A stretch of 64,000 nucleotides of DNA, from assembly GCA_002796345.1 (NCBI GenBank), contig PCXC01000037.1, positions 58,276 through 122,275 on the forward strand, written 5' to 3'. The stretch is from Deltaproteobacteria bacterium CG11_big_fil_rev_8_21_14_0_20_42_23. GTDB taxonomy: Bacteria > UBA10199 > 2-02-FULL-44-16. The position numbers and the translations under genes are program-made. Under the pieces are notes generated by a model, which saw only the letters and a list, made by a program, of their open reading frames with translations, made no database searches and was not told the DNA's origin. Shown here in pieces: positions 49,061 through 57,950 of this stretch (position 1 is the first letter of the stretch; the number at the start of each line of letters is the position of its first letter).

Positions 49061-50256
49061 AGTTTTTCTCCTGTCCATTTTGGATTCCTTTTTTCTCCAG
49101 CTGCGTAAACATCCATCACAATAACTGCATCTGCTTTTTTAGATGCGCTTACAAAATCATCAAACAATTGCTCTAAGCGCGAATAGCGATGCGGCTGCAT
49201 CACCATAATCACACGCCTTTCTTCCCAGCCTTTTTTTGCGGCATCTAAAGTTGCTGCAATTTCAACCGGGTGGTGCGCGTAATCGTCCACCACCACTGGG
49301 CCTGCGCGGTGAAGGATTTCGAAACGTCTTGCTACTCCCTTAAATTTCGCCAAACCTTGTTTCACTTTTGCCACAGAAATTTCAGCTTCTCTGGCTACAG
49401 CTATAGTTGCCAAGGCGTTAAGCGCGTGATGTTCTCCCGACATATTTATTTTAAATTCACCCAATTTTTTCCCGTAGGCTTCAACCGAAAAATAAACCCA
49501 GTCTTCTTCTTGTCGCACATTTTTTGCCATGTAATCAGCTTGCTGAAAACCATAGCTCACTACTTTTCGTTTCATTTGTGGCATCAAGCTTTTCACTACA
49601 GGATGATCGCTGCACACAATAACAGAACCATAAAAAGGAACCTTGTTTGCAAAATCAACAAAGGCACGTTTCAGATCGGCAAAGTCTTTATAGCGTTCGA
49701 GATGCTCGGGGTCGATGTTGGTGATCACCCCAATAGTAGGAGTGAGCTTCAGAAATGAGCCGTCAGACTCATCGGCTTCTGCGATGAGAAAATCACCTTT
49801 TCCCAGTTTTGCATTTGTTCTGAGGCTATTCACTTTTCCACCAATCACCATGGTGGGGTCCAAACCTGCGCCGTGAAAAACAGTGGAAATCATAGCCGTT
49901 GTTGTCGTTTTCCCATGCGAACCAGCAACGGCAATGCCCCATTTCAAGCGCATCAGCTCGGCAAGCATTTCTGCGCGAGGCACAACAGGAACGCCCAATT
50001 CTTTTGCAGCTTTTACTTCGGGATTTTTTTCATCAACCGCTGAAGACGTCACCACAACATGAGCACCTTCAACGTGCTTTGATTTGTGGCCGTAAGAAAT
50101 AGTAGCGCCGCGGCGTTTCAAACGTTTTGTGGTTTCGCTTGATTTCAAATCTGAACCACTCACCTGATAGCCTAAAGTAAGCAGCACATCAGCGATTCCG
50201 CTCATGCCAATACCACCGATGCCGACAAAATGAATGTGTTGATATTTTTTAAACAT
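48880..50256 (-). CDS. murC: UDP-N-acetylmuramate--L-alanine ligase
   Basis: IHFVGIGGIGMSGIA, GSHGKTTTTAMI Mur ligase motifs. Confidence 0.95.
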   Translation of the reverse strand: MFKKYQHIHFVGIGGIGMSGIADVLLTLGYQVSGSDLKSSETTKRLKRRGATISYGHKSKHVEGAHVVVTSSAVDEKNPEVKAAKELGVPVVPRAEMLAELMRLKWGIAVAGSHGKTTTTAMISTVFHGAGLDPTMVIGGKVNSLRTNAKLGKGDFLIAEADESDGSFLKLTPTIGVITNIDPEHLERYKDFADLKRAFVDFANKVPFYGSVIVCSDHPVVKSLMPQMKRKVVSYGFQQADYMAKNVRQEEDWVYFSVEAYGKKLGEFKINMSGEHHALNALATIAVAREAEISVAKVKQGLAKFKGVARRFEILHRAGPVVVDDYAHHPVEIAATLDAAKKGWEERRVIMVMQPHRYSRLEQLFDDFVSASKKADAVIVMDVYAAGEKRNPKWTGEKLCKSLMLKYPKKMITHAAKTEEVMTALKPWCTNQDLVMFLGAGDITKTARQFCKTLTSRS

Positions 50257-50284
50257 AATCTTTTTTATATCCTTTGATCTTCTC

Positions 50285-51415
50285 TCAAAAACAATGAGCT
50301 CTTTTTATCTGCGGTTTTTGCTCTGTAAAAAGATGAACGCATTCTTCTGCAATATGAGCCGCTGCGTTTTGTTCTTGCTCACGTCCAAAACTCATTTCCA
50401 TTTTTTCTAGCAATGCTGGCGATGAGAAAAGCCGGTTCATATGCATCGCAAGCACATCTCCTGTCAATTGCTCTTGTGGAATAATAATTGCTGCGCCTTT
50501 TTTTTCGAGGTGCACTGCATTTTCGTGTTGATGGTTATCAGCCGCAAATGGATACGGAACCAAGATTGCCGGCTTTTTGAAAAGCTTCAATTCTGCAATG
50601 GTACCAGCTCCACTTCTGGCCAACACAAGACTGGCTTGTTGATAGACACTTGCAATGTCATCAATAAACTCAAGCACTGTCGCCTCTTGTTGATAGCGTT
50701 TATATTCAGCTTCTATTTGCTGCAGGTTTTCAGCTTTTCCTACTTGATGCACAATACGTATTGTTTTTGCGGCGCCAGTGAGCAAAGGCAGAGAAGCAAG
50801 CAAAGCTTGGTTGAGTGACTTTGCTCCAAGCGAACCGCCAAAACAGAAGAGGGTAAAAGGATTTTTCTCATTTTTCTGAAAAGCACTCGCCTCGCGCAAA
50901 GCCTTCCGGAGCGGATTTCCGCTCATCATACATTTTTTTGCTTCGAAATATTTTTCGGCTTCAGGAAATGCCAAGAAGATGCGTCTCGCTATTTTTGAAA
51001 GCATGCGGTTGGACAAACCCGGCACCGCGTTGGGCTCTATGATGGCAACTGGTTTTCCCAGTAAGAAGGCTGCAATACTGACGGGCCAGGCTAAGTAACC
51101 GCCTATGCCAATCACCAGATCTGTGCTTGTTTTTTGCAACAAAAGTGCAGCCTTCACCATTGCAGACGGCAATTTTATCAAGGCAAGGAGCTTGTCTTTT
51201 TTCCCTTGGCCTTTTATTTTTGGAACCGCAAGTGCGAAAAATGGCCACGGCGTTTTGCTTAAGGTTTTTTCTTCTAGCCCTCGCGTTGTTCCTACAAACG
51301 AAATCTGCACATCAGGATAGAGCTCTTGAAAAGCTTCAGCCACAGCAATACCTGGAAACAAGTGCCCACCTGTTCCACCCGAAGCAATCAAAACATTTTT
51401 CCTTTTTTCACTCAC
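50285..51415 (-). CDS. murG: UDP-GlcNAc:undecaprenyl-PP-MurNAc-pentapeptide GlcNAc transferase
   Basis: VLIASGGTGGHLFPGIAVAEAF N-terminus. GT28 architecture. Confidence 0.9.
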   Translation of the reverse strand: MSEKRKNVLIASGGTGGHLFPGIAVAEAFQELYPDVQISFVGTTRGLEEKTLSKTPWPFFALAVPKIKGQGKKDKLLALIKLPSAMVKAALLLQKTSTDLVIGIGGYLAWPVSIAAFLLGKPVAIIEPNAVPGLSNRMLSKIARRIFLAFPEAEKYFEAKKCMMSGNPLRKALREASAFQKNEKNPFTLFCFGGSLGAKSLNQALLASLPLLTGAAKTIRIVHQVGKAENLQQIEAEYKRYQQEATVLEFIDDIASVYQQASLVLARSGAGTIAELKLFKKPAILVPYPFAADNHQHENAVHLEKKGAAIIIPQEQLTGDVLAMHMNRLFSSPALLEKMEMSFGREQEQNAAAHIAEECVHLFTEQKPQIKRAHCF

Positions 51416-51423
51416 GCTTACTC

Positions 51424-52539
51424 CTAAGCTCGTTTATATGATGAAACATTTAAAACTAGTCCAACTGCTATCAACGAAATCACCAGCGATGATCCGCCGT
51501 AACTAATAAAAGGAAGCGCCAAACCTTTTGTGGGCAACAACCCCATCACCACCGCCATGTTGAGCATGGCTTCAAGCCCAATCAGCAAAGTGCAGCCCAA
51601 AGCTAAATAGCGGCCGAAGAGATCTGGCGCATTCAAGGCAACTTTGAAACCACGGTAACAAAACAAGAGAAACAAAATGATAACCGCGAACACTCCAACA
51701 AGACCAAGCTCTTCTCCAATAACTGAAAAAATAAAATCGGTATGCGCCTCGGGGAGATAAAAAAGTTTTTGTTGTCCTTGCCCCAGGCCTTTTCCAAACC
51801 AGCCTCCTTCATTGAAGGCCACAAAAGATTGGATCATTTGAAACCCTGATCCATATTGATCATCCCAAGGATTCAAAAACGCCATTATTCTTCTTCTTCT
51901 GTAAGGCGTGCCCGCCACCAACTTGAAAGCAATGGGAGCTAGAAGAAAAACAATGCCAAACAAATATCGTTTTCGAGCGCCAGCTGCAAAAAGCATAAAC
52001 CAAGTGATTGCAGCTATGATTGCAGCGGAGCCAAAATCTTTTTGATATAAAATGGTTCCTGAAACGACCGTCATCACGACAAAATGAGGAATAATTCCAA
52101 GCGTAAAACTTCGAATACGATTCGTCTTTTTTTCAAGAGAGTAAGCAAGAAAAAGAATGAGTGCAATTTTTGCAAACTCTGATGGTTGAAAATTCACCAC
52201 ACCTAAGCTGAGCCAGCGAGTAGCTCCACCAATGGTTTTGCCGACACCAGGAACCAAAACAAGAATCACAAGACCAAGCGCAAGCAAAAGTGCGGGATAG
52301 GCAAACGCTTTCAAGCGGTGATAGCAAAAACTCAGCATGCACATCATCAACACAAAACCAATCCCAGCAAAAAGAGCAGAACGTTTCAAAAAGAAATAAC
52401 TGTCACTAAACTTTTCTAAAGCAAACACAGCACTTGAGCTGTACACCATGGTAATGCCACAGCCAACAAGCACAATCACCGTGAAGAGAAGCCAGACATC
52501 AAAATGTTGTTTTTGTACATCGCTATACTTCATGAACAT
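51424..52539 (-). CDS. ftsW: peptidoglycan glycosyltransferase FtsW (SEDS family)
   Basis: 371-aa polytopic SEDS protein. Position between murD and murG. Confidence 0.9.
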   Translation of the reverse strand: MFMKYSDVQKQHFDVWLLFTVIVLVGCGITMVYSSSAVFALEKFSDSYFFLKRSALFAGIGFVLMMCMLSFCYHRLKAFAYPALLLALGLVILVLVPGVGKTIGGATRWLSLGVVNFQPSEFAKIALILFLAYSLEKKTNRIRSFTLGIIPHFVVMTVVSGTILYQKDFGSAAIIAAITWFMLFAAGARKRYLFGIVFLLAPIAFKLVAGTPYRRRRIMAFLNPWDDQYGSGFQMIQSFVAFNEGGWFGKGLGQGQQKLFYLPEAHTDFIFSVIGEELGLVGVFAVIILFLLFCYRGFKVALNAPDLFGRYLALGCTLLIGLEAMLNMAVVMGLLPTKGLALPFISYGGSSLVISLIAVGLVLNVSSYKRA

Positions 52540-52542
52540 CCT

Positions 52543-53934
52543 TTATGAACGTGAGCAAGCTGTCGACTTCTCACGACTTGAGCAAACTTGCTGATGCTTT
52601 ATTTCTTTTTCCAAATTTAGAAATGCAGCCTTAAAACTGTTTCCTCTTTCTGCGTAATGAGCAAAAAGATCAAAGCTGGCACACGCCGGCGAAAGCAAAA
52701 CAGACTCGCCCGGAAAAGCGAGAGAGTATGCGACTTTCACGGCTTCATCCATGGAGCTTGCCATGTGTAAAACGGTGTGCTTTCCAAGTTGATCTGCAAT
52801 AATTTTTGCTGAAGTTCCCAACAAAACGAGATGAGAAACTTTATCTTTCACCAAAGAAACAAGAGGGCTGAAATCATCTTCTTTTGGAATTCCACCTGCA
52901 ATCAAAACAAGTTTATGCGAAAAACTTTGCAACGCAGCAACAGCAGCTGCAACGTTAGTTGCCTTTGAATCATTGTAATAGCTCACCGCATTCAAGGTGC
53001 CCACATATTGCAAACGGTGTTCTAAACCTTTGAACGAACACACAGCATCATGAAGAAAATCTTCATCATCAATTCCACAAGCTTCAAGCGCAAGACAAGC
53101 TGCCATAATATTTTCGTAATTATGTTTTCCTCTTATTTTGAGATTGGAAGCAGAAAAGGTTAAATGCTTTTTATTGAAAAGGTGGAACGAAAAGTGTTGG
53201 GAATCCGAAACTTCAAGAGTGTAAGGAACAAGGTTCACTTGTTTTTTCTGTTCTTGAATTGGAGCTAGAAAACGTAGCAAATTTTCATCAGCGGCGTTGT
53301 AAATGATGGTGCCGGCAGTTTTGGTTTGAATCAACAAACGTGCTTTCAAGTGGGCATATTCTTCAAAGCTATGTCTATCAAGGTGATCTGGAGCAAGGTT
53401 AAGCCAGATGCTTACAAGCGGTTCGAGTGATGGTGAAAACTCCATTTGAAAACTTGAAATTTCTAAAACAAAAAAATCGATCTCACCTACCTTTTCCACA
53501 TAGTTGATAAGAGGATCACCAACATTTCCAACAAGCACAACTTTTTTTCCAGCTTCTTTCAAAAGATGTGCAATCAAACTCACCGTTGTTGTTTTTCCGT
53601 TTGTCCCCGTTACTGCAACAAGAGGAAAGTGAGCATTTTTCACCGCAAGCTCAATTTCACTCAATATCGGCACGTTCATTTCTTGCGCCTTTAGCAAAAG
53701 AGGAAGTTTGGAATCCACGCCTGGACTGACCACAATAAAATCGAAAGCAGTGGGATCAAGATCATGATTTCCCCAGTGCGTTGAAACCTTTTCTCCATCG
53801 AAAAACGTTTCATCTTCAGGGCGTTTTACATCATTCACGGTAATGAATGCCGAGCGTGAAAGGAGAAATGAAAAAACAGCTCTTCCTGTTTTTCCCATTC
53901 CTATAATCAGCACTTTTTTTCCAGCGTAGTTCAT
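52543..53934 (-). CDS. murD: UDP-N-acetylmuramoylalanine--D-glutamate ligase
   Basis: VLIIGMGKTGRA, GTNGKTTT motifs. Confidence 0.9.
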   Translation of the reverse strand: MNYAGKKVLIIGMGKTGRAVFSFLLSRSAFITVNDVKRPEDETFFDGEKVSTHWGNHDLDPTAFDFIVVSPGVDSKLPLLLKAQEMNVPILSEIELAVKNAHFPLVAVTGTNGKTTTVSLIAHLLKEAGKKVVLVGNVGDPLINYVEKVGEIDFFVLEISSFQMEFSPSLEPLVSIWLNLAPDHLDRHSFEEYAHLKARLLIQTKTAGTIIYNAADENLLRFLAPIQEQKKQVNLVPYTLEVSDSQHFSFHLFNKKHLTFSASNLKIRGKHNYENIMAACLALEACGIDDEDFLHDAVCSFKGLEHRLQYVGTLNAVSYYNDSKATNVAAAVAALQSFSHKLVLIAGGIPKEDDFSPLVSLVKDKVSHLVLLGTSAKIIADQLGKHTVLHMASSMDEAVKVAYSLAFPGESVLLSPACASFDLFAHYAERGNSFKAAFLNLEKEIKHQQVCSSREKSTACSRS

Positions 53935-53937
53935 TAT

Positions 53938-55014
53938 TTACCTAAGCTTCAACGTGGCAAGACTCGCCAACGCAAGCAAAATTGAAATGATCCAAAAACG
54001 TACAATCACCTTCGACTCTTTCCATCCTTTAAGTTCAAAGTGATGGTGGATGGGAGCCATTCTAAAAATTCTTTTCCCGGTAAGTTTAAATGAAACAACT
54101 TGGGTAATGACAGAAACCGTTTCGAGTACAAAAATGCCCCCAATAATCAAAAGCAACATTTCTTGTTTCGCCACCAATGCCACATAACCCAGCAAAGCCC
54201 CAAGTGGCAACGATCCTACGTCACCCATAAAAATGCTAGCAGGGTGAGCGTTGTACCAAAGAAAAGCAAGCACTGCGCCAACAACCGATCCACACACCAC
54301 TGCCAACTCTCCACAACCAGGAACAAAAGAAACCTGAAGATACGAAGCAATAAGCGCATGACCTGCAATGTAGGTAAGTACTGCATAAGCCGCATATGAA
54401 ACAATGGAAGGAAAACTGACTAAACCATCAAGCCCATCGGTAAGGTTTACCGCGTTTGATGCACCAACAATAACAACGGTAGCAAACGGAATGTACCACA
54501 TTCCAAGATCGGGTCTTAAGCCTTTGAAGAATGGCACCGAAAGCTCAGTGCCAAGTTGCATAACATCAAAAAGAAAAAGTGAAGCAATAAGACCAAAGAG
54601 TAACTGAAAGAGAAATTTGTATCGCGACGCTAATCCTTTGGCATCTTTCAAGATTACTTTTCGGTAGTCATCAACAAAACCAATCGCTCCAAAACCAATG
54701 AGAACAAAAAGAGAACCTAAGACGAAAAAATTATCTAGCCTTGCGCAAAGCAGTGTAGAAATAATGATTGCTGCAAGAATTAGCACACCACCCATCGTGG
54801 GAGTGCCACGTTTATCAAGGTGTTGCACAGGTCCATCATCGCGAACGGTTTGCCAAAATTGTTTTTTCGAAAGCATTGCAATTAATTTTTTGCCAAACAG
54901 AAAATAAATGGAAAGCGCAATGAAGAATGACACAAACGCACGAACTGTGATGTACTTGAAAATATTCAGCGCGCCAAAAAGATGAACATAATGTGTGTAA
55001 AGGTAATAAAGCAT
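53938..55014 (-). CDS. mraY: phospho-N-acetylmuramoyl-pentapeptide transferase
   Basis: 358 aa, 10 TM helices. MraY motifs (PTMGG, NAVNLTDGLDGL). Confidence 0.95.
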   Translation of the reverse strand: MLYYLYTHYVHLFGALNIFKYITVRAFVSFFIALSIYFLFGKKLIAMLSKKQFWQTVRDDGPVQHLDKRGTPTMGGVLILAAIIISTLLCARLDNFFVLGSLFVLIGFGAIGFVDDYRKVILKDAKGLASRYKFLFQLLFGLIASLFLFDVMQLGTELSVPFFKGLRPDLGMWYIPFATVVIVGASNAVNLTDGLDGLVSFPSIVSYAAYAVLTYIAGHALIASYLQVSFVPGCGELAVVCGSVVGAVLAFLWYNAHPASIFMGDVGSLPLGALLGYVALVAKQEMLLLIIGGIFVLETVSVITQVVSFKLTGKRIFRMAPIHHHFELKGWKESKVIVRFWIISILLALASLATLKLR

Positions 55015-55025
55015 TCTTCTCCTCG

Positions 55026-56420
55026 TTAATCCGTTCCCACTGCGCGTTTAATATAGGTGACCATTTTTTCCATTTGCATTCCACGCGAACCTTTTACAAG
55101 CCAGACATCTCCAGCTGCAATTTCGCCATGCGCTTGCTCTGAAAGATCATCCAGCGAAGTGAAAACTCGAACTTTCTTTTCATCCAAGCCACCATCAATG
55201 GCACCTCTGGCAACGTCTTGCGCATGATCACCATAAAGATAGAGCAAATCCACGTGATACTTTGCGGCTTCAAATCCAATTTGACGATGCAAATCTGAAG
55301 CTTCGGTTCCAAGCTCAAGCATTTCACCTAGCACCACGGCAAAGCGCCCAGTTCTATCTGCAGCACTTATAGTTCGCAGCGCTGCTCGAACTGATTCTGG
55401 ATTTGCATTGTAGGCATCATTAATCAGTCTTGCTCCGTTACGAAGCTGAACACGCTCAAATCTCATTTTCATTGGCTGGCAACTTGAAAAATTTTTCGCC
55501 ATCTCCTCAACACTTAAGCCAAGCGCAGATCCGCATGCCAAGGCTGCAAGCGCGTTCATGATATTATGAGCTCCCACAAAAGGAAGATGGAATGTCATTT
55601 CTTTTCCAAACACATTTGCAGTGAGGTCAGTAGAATCCAAAGCAAAGGTATGTGCATGAGCGAAGGAAACATCAGCATCGTGATGAAGACCAAAAGAAAT
55701 TTTCTTGCCCGCAAATGCTTTACTGAGCTGCATAATGCGAGGATCATCTCGATTTACGATAATCGTTTTATCTGATGCGATCGTTTCAAACAATTCACCT
55801 TTTGCTTTTGCAACGGCATCAATACTTCCAAGATAATGGAGGTGAGCTGCGGTAACGTTGGTGATCAATCCAAAATCTGGCTTCGAAATTTCGGTGAGTC
55901 GTTTTATCTCGCCTGGTGCATTCATGCCCAACTCAAGCACAAGCGCTTTATGAGAAGCCTCAAGTTTGAAAAGAGTAAGAGGCAGTCCAATAAGATTGTT
56001 AAAATTGCCTTCGGTTTTATGCACAGCACCCAAACTGGAAAGCACACTGGCTACCATTTCTTTGGTGGTCGATTTTCCATTGCTTCCCGTGATGGCAACA
56101 ACCGGCAAGGCATGCAAAGAGCGCCAATAGGCAGCTAGATCACCAAGGGCTGCAAGCGTATCGCTGACTACAATTTGAAAACGTTTCTCAATGGAAGGAA
56201 TTTCTTCTTGCACCACACAAGCAACAGCGCCTTTTTCAAGAGCTAGCTTGCAGTAGTGATGTCCATCAAAGTGAGGCCCTTTCAAGGCTACAAAGAGTTG
56301 CCCCTTTTGCGGAAGACGCGAATCGGTATTAACTCCATTCACCACTGCATGAAGATCTGCACTTGATTTTGCAGCCGTTGCAGCACAAATTTTTTCTACA
56401 GAAAGATTCATAGTTTTCAC
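55026..56420 (-). CDS. murF: UDP-MurNAc-tripeptide--D-Ala-D-Ala ligase
   Basis: Mur ligase GSNGKSTTKEM. Position between murE and mraY. Confidence 0.9.
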   Translation of the reverse strand: MKTMNLSVEKICAATAAKSSADLHAVVNGVNTDSRLPQKGQLFVALKGPHFDGHHYCKLALEKGAVACVVQEEIPSIEKRFQIVVSDTLAALGDLAAYWRSLHALPVVAITGSNGKSTTKEMVASVLSSLGAVHKTEGNFNNLIGLPLTLFKLEASHKALVLELGMNAPGEIKRLTEISKPDFGLITNVTAAHLHYLGSIDAVAKAKGELFETIASDKTIIVNRDDPRIMQLSKAFAGKKISFGLHHDADVSFAHAHTFALDSTDLTANVFGKEMTFHLPFVGAHNIMNALAALACGSALGLSVEEMAKNFSSCQPMKMRFERVQLRNGARLINDAYNANPESVRAALRTISAADRTGRFAVVLGEMLELGTEASDLHRQIGFEAAKYHVDLLYLYGDHAQDVARGAIDGGLDEKKVRVFTSLDDLSEQAHGEIAAGDVWLVKGSRGMQMEKMVTYIKRAVGTD

Positions 56421-56432
56421 ACGAGTTTTTTC

Positions 56433-57941
56433 TTATGCAACAAGTCTATTTTTTCTCTTTTTTTTTAGCGCTTCCATCACTTCTTCACGGTCGTCGAAGT
56501 GATGTTTTGTGTTGCCTATAATTTGATATTGTTCGTGACCTTTTCCAGCTACAACCAAAATGTCATTTTCAGTCATGTGCATCACTGCTGTTTCAATCGC
56601 TTTTTTTCTGTCCACTTCTTGAATGAATCCACAGCTTCCATTGAAAGCCTTCATCTTTTTACGCAAGCCCGGAAACACTTGTTCCATAATGCTTAGCGGA
56701 TTTTCAGTTCTAGGGTTATCGCTGGTGAGCACTACAAGATTTGCATATTTTGCGGCTACTTCTCCCATCACTGGTCGTTTCTGTTTGTCTCTGTCTCCAC
56801 CGCAACCAAACACAAGCAACAATCTTCCTTCTGTAATATCTCTTAGCGTTGAAAGAATATTTTCGAGAGCATCAGGAGTATGAGCATAATCTACATAAAC
56901 AGCATAAGCAGAATCGGCACACACACGCTCAAGCCTTCCCGGTATGGGATGAACATGTGAAAGCGAATGAAGAATATTTTTTGACGAGACACCAAGTGCA
57001 TGTGCCGCAAGAAAAGCAGCAGCAACATTATACGCATTGAAGCTTCCAACCAAAGGAACTGTGAAAGAAAATGATTTTCCTAAAAAAGAAAACCAAAGCT
57101 TACTGCCACTTTCACTTTTTTCACATGAAACCAGAGACAAATCTGCTGTTTGATTTTTTCCATATCGAAAACACTCAACCGTTTTGGCTGGAGAAATTTT
57201 CTTTCCGTATTCATCATCGTCATTAACAACAGCAAAAGTTTTCTTTGAAGAACTTGAAAGTAAATGCGTGAACAAAATGTTTTTTGCCTCAAAATAATCA
57301 TGCATATGGTGATGATAATCAAGATGCTCTTGAGTGAGATTGGTGAAGACTGCGACATCAAAGTCACAACCCTCTAAGCGAGACTGGGTCAGCGCATGCG
57401 ACGAAACCTCCATCACACAAACATCAACGTTGTGCGCCAGCATATCTGCTAAATGTTTCTGCAAAACAAACGCATCTGGAGTAGTGTGACTTGCCTCAAA
57501 CGTTTTTCCTGCATAGCGATATGATACTGTGCCTATCACCCCAGGCCGATGACCTGCTTCACGCAAAATGGACTCAAGCAAATACGTAATACTTGTTTTT
57601 CCATTGGTGCCCGTAACACCAACTAGCTTCAGCTTTTGCGAAGGATCGCCAAAAAAACGTGATGCACATCGTGCATATATTTTTCTCACATCCTCCACCA
57701 CAATACCAAGCACATGCTCTGGCAACACGCAGGGACGAGACATCACCACAACCTGTGCACCTGCTTCAATTGCTTCAGGAATAAAATCATGACCATCATG
57801 CTTAAGACCAGCAACGGCAAAGAAGCATGTAGCGGGCATCACCTGTTGGTGAGACATTGTCAGATGCTCAACATGAATTCCTTCAAGCAGTTTTTTCTGC
57901 TGATTTGAAAGAGAATCAAAAATGTCGAAAAATCGTTTCAT
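56433..57941 (-). CDS. murE: UDP-MurNAc-L-Ala-D-Glu--2,6-diaminopimelate ligase
   Basis: GVTGTNGKTS motif. C-terminal DNPR (DAP-specific) motif in LTSDNPRTENP. Confidence 0.9.
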   Translation of the reverse strand: MKRFFDIFDSLSNQQKKLLEGIHVEHLTMSHQQVMPATCFFAVAGLKHDGHDFIPEAIEAGAQVVVMSRPCVLPEHVLGIVVEDVRKIYARCASRFFGDPSQKLKLVGVTGTNGKTSITYLLESILREAGHRPGVIGTVSYRYAGKTFEASHTTPDAFVLQKHLADMLAHNVDVCVMEVSSHALTQSRLEGCDFDVAVFTNLTQEHLDYHHHMHDYFEAKNILFTHLLSSSSKKTFAVVNDDDEYGKKISPAKTVECFRYGKNQTADLSLVSCEKSESGSKLWFSFLGKSFSFTVPLVGSFNAYNVAAAFLAAHALGVSSKNILHSLSHVHPIPGRLERVCADSAYAVYVDYAHTPDALENILSTLRDITEGRLLLVFGCGGDRDKQKRPVMGEVAAKYANLVVLTSDNPRTENPLSIMEQVFPGLRKKMKAFNGSCGFIQEVDRKKAIETAVMHMTENDILVVAGKGHEQYQIIGNTKHHFDDREEVMEALKKKRKNRLVA

Positions 57942-57950
57942 GTTTTCCTT

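Noticed and set aside
49061-49078. First ATG of the murB track ORF (MDRRKT...)
   Set aside because: No SD precedes it. The ATG six codons downstream (49060) has a near-perfect SD, so the track start is probably not used.
47957-49758. + strand ORFs inside the murB/murC region and similar antisense ORFs throughout the dcw cluster
   Set aside because: Antisense to highly conserved Mur/Fts genes.
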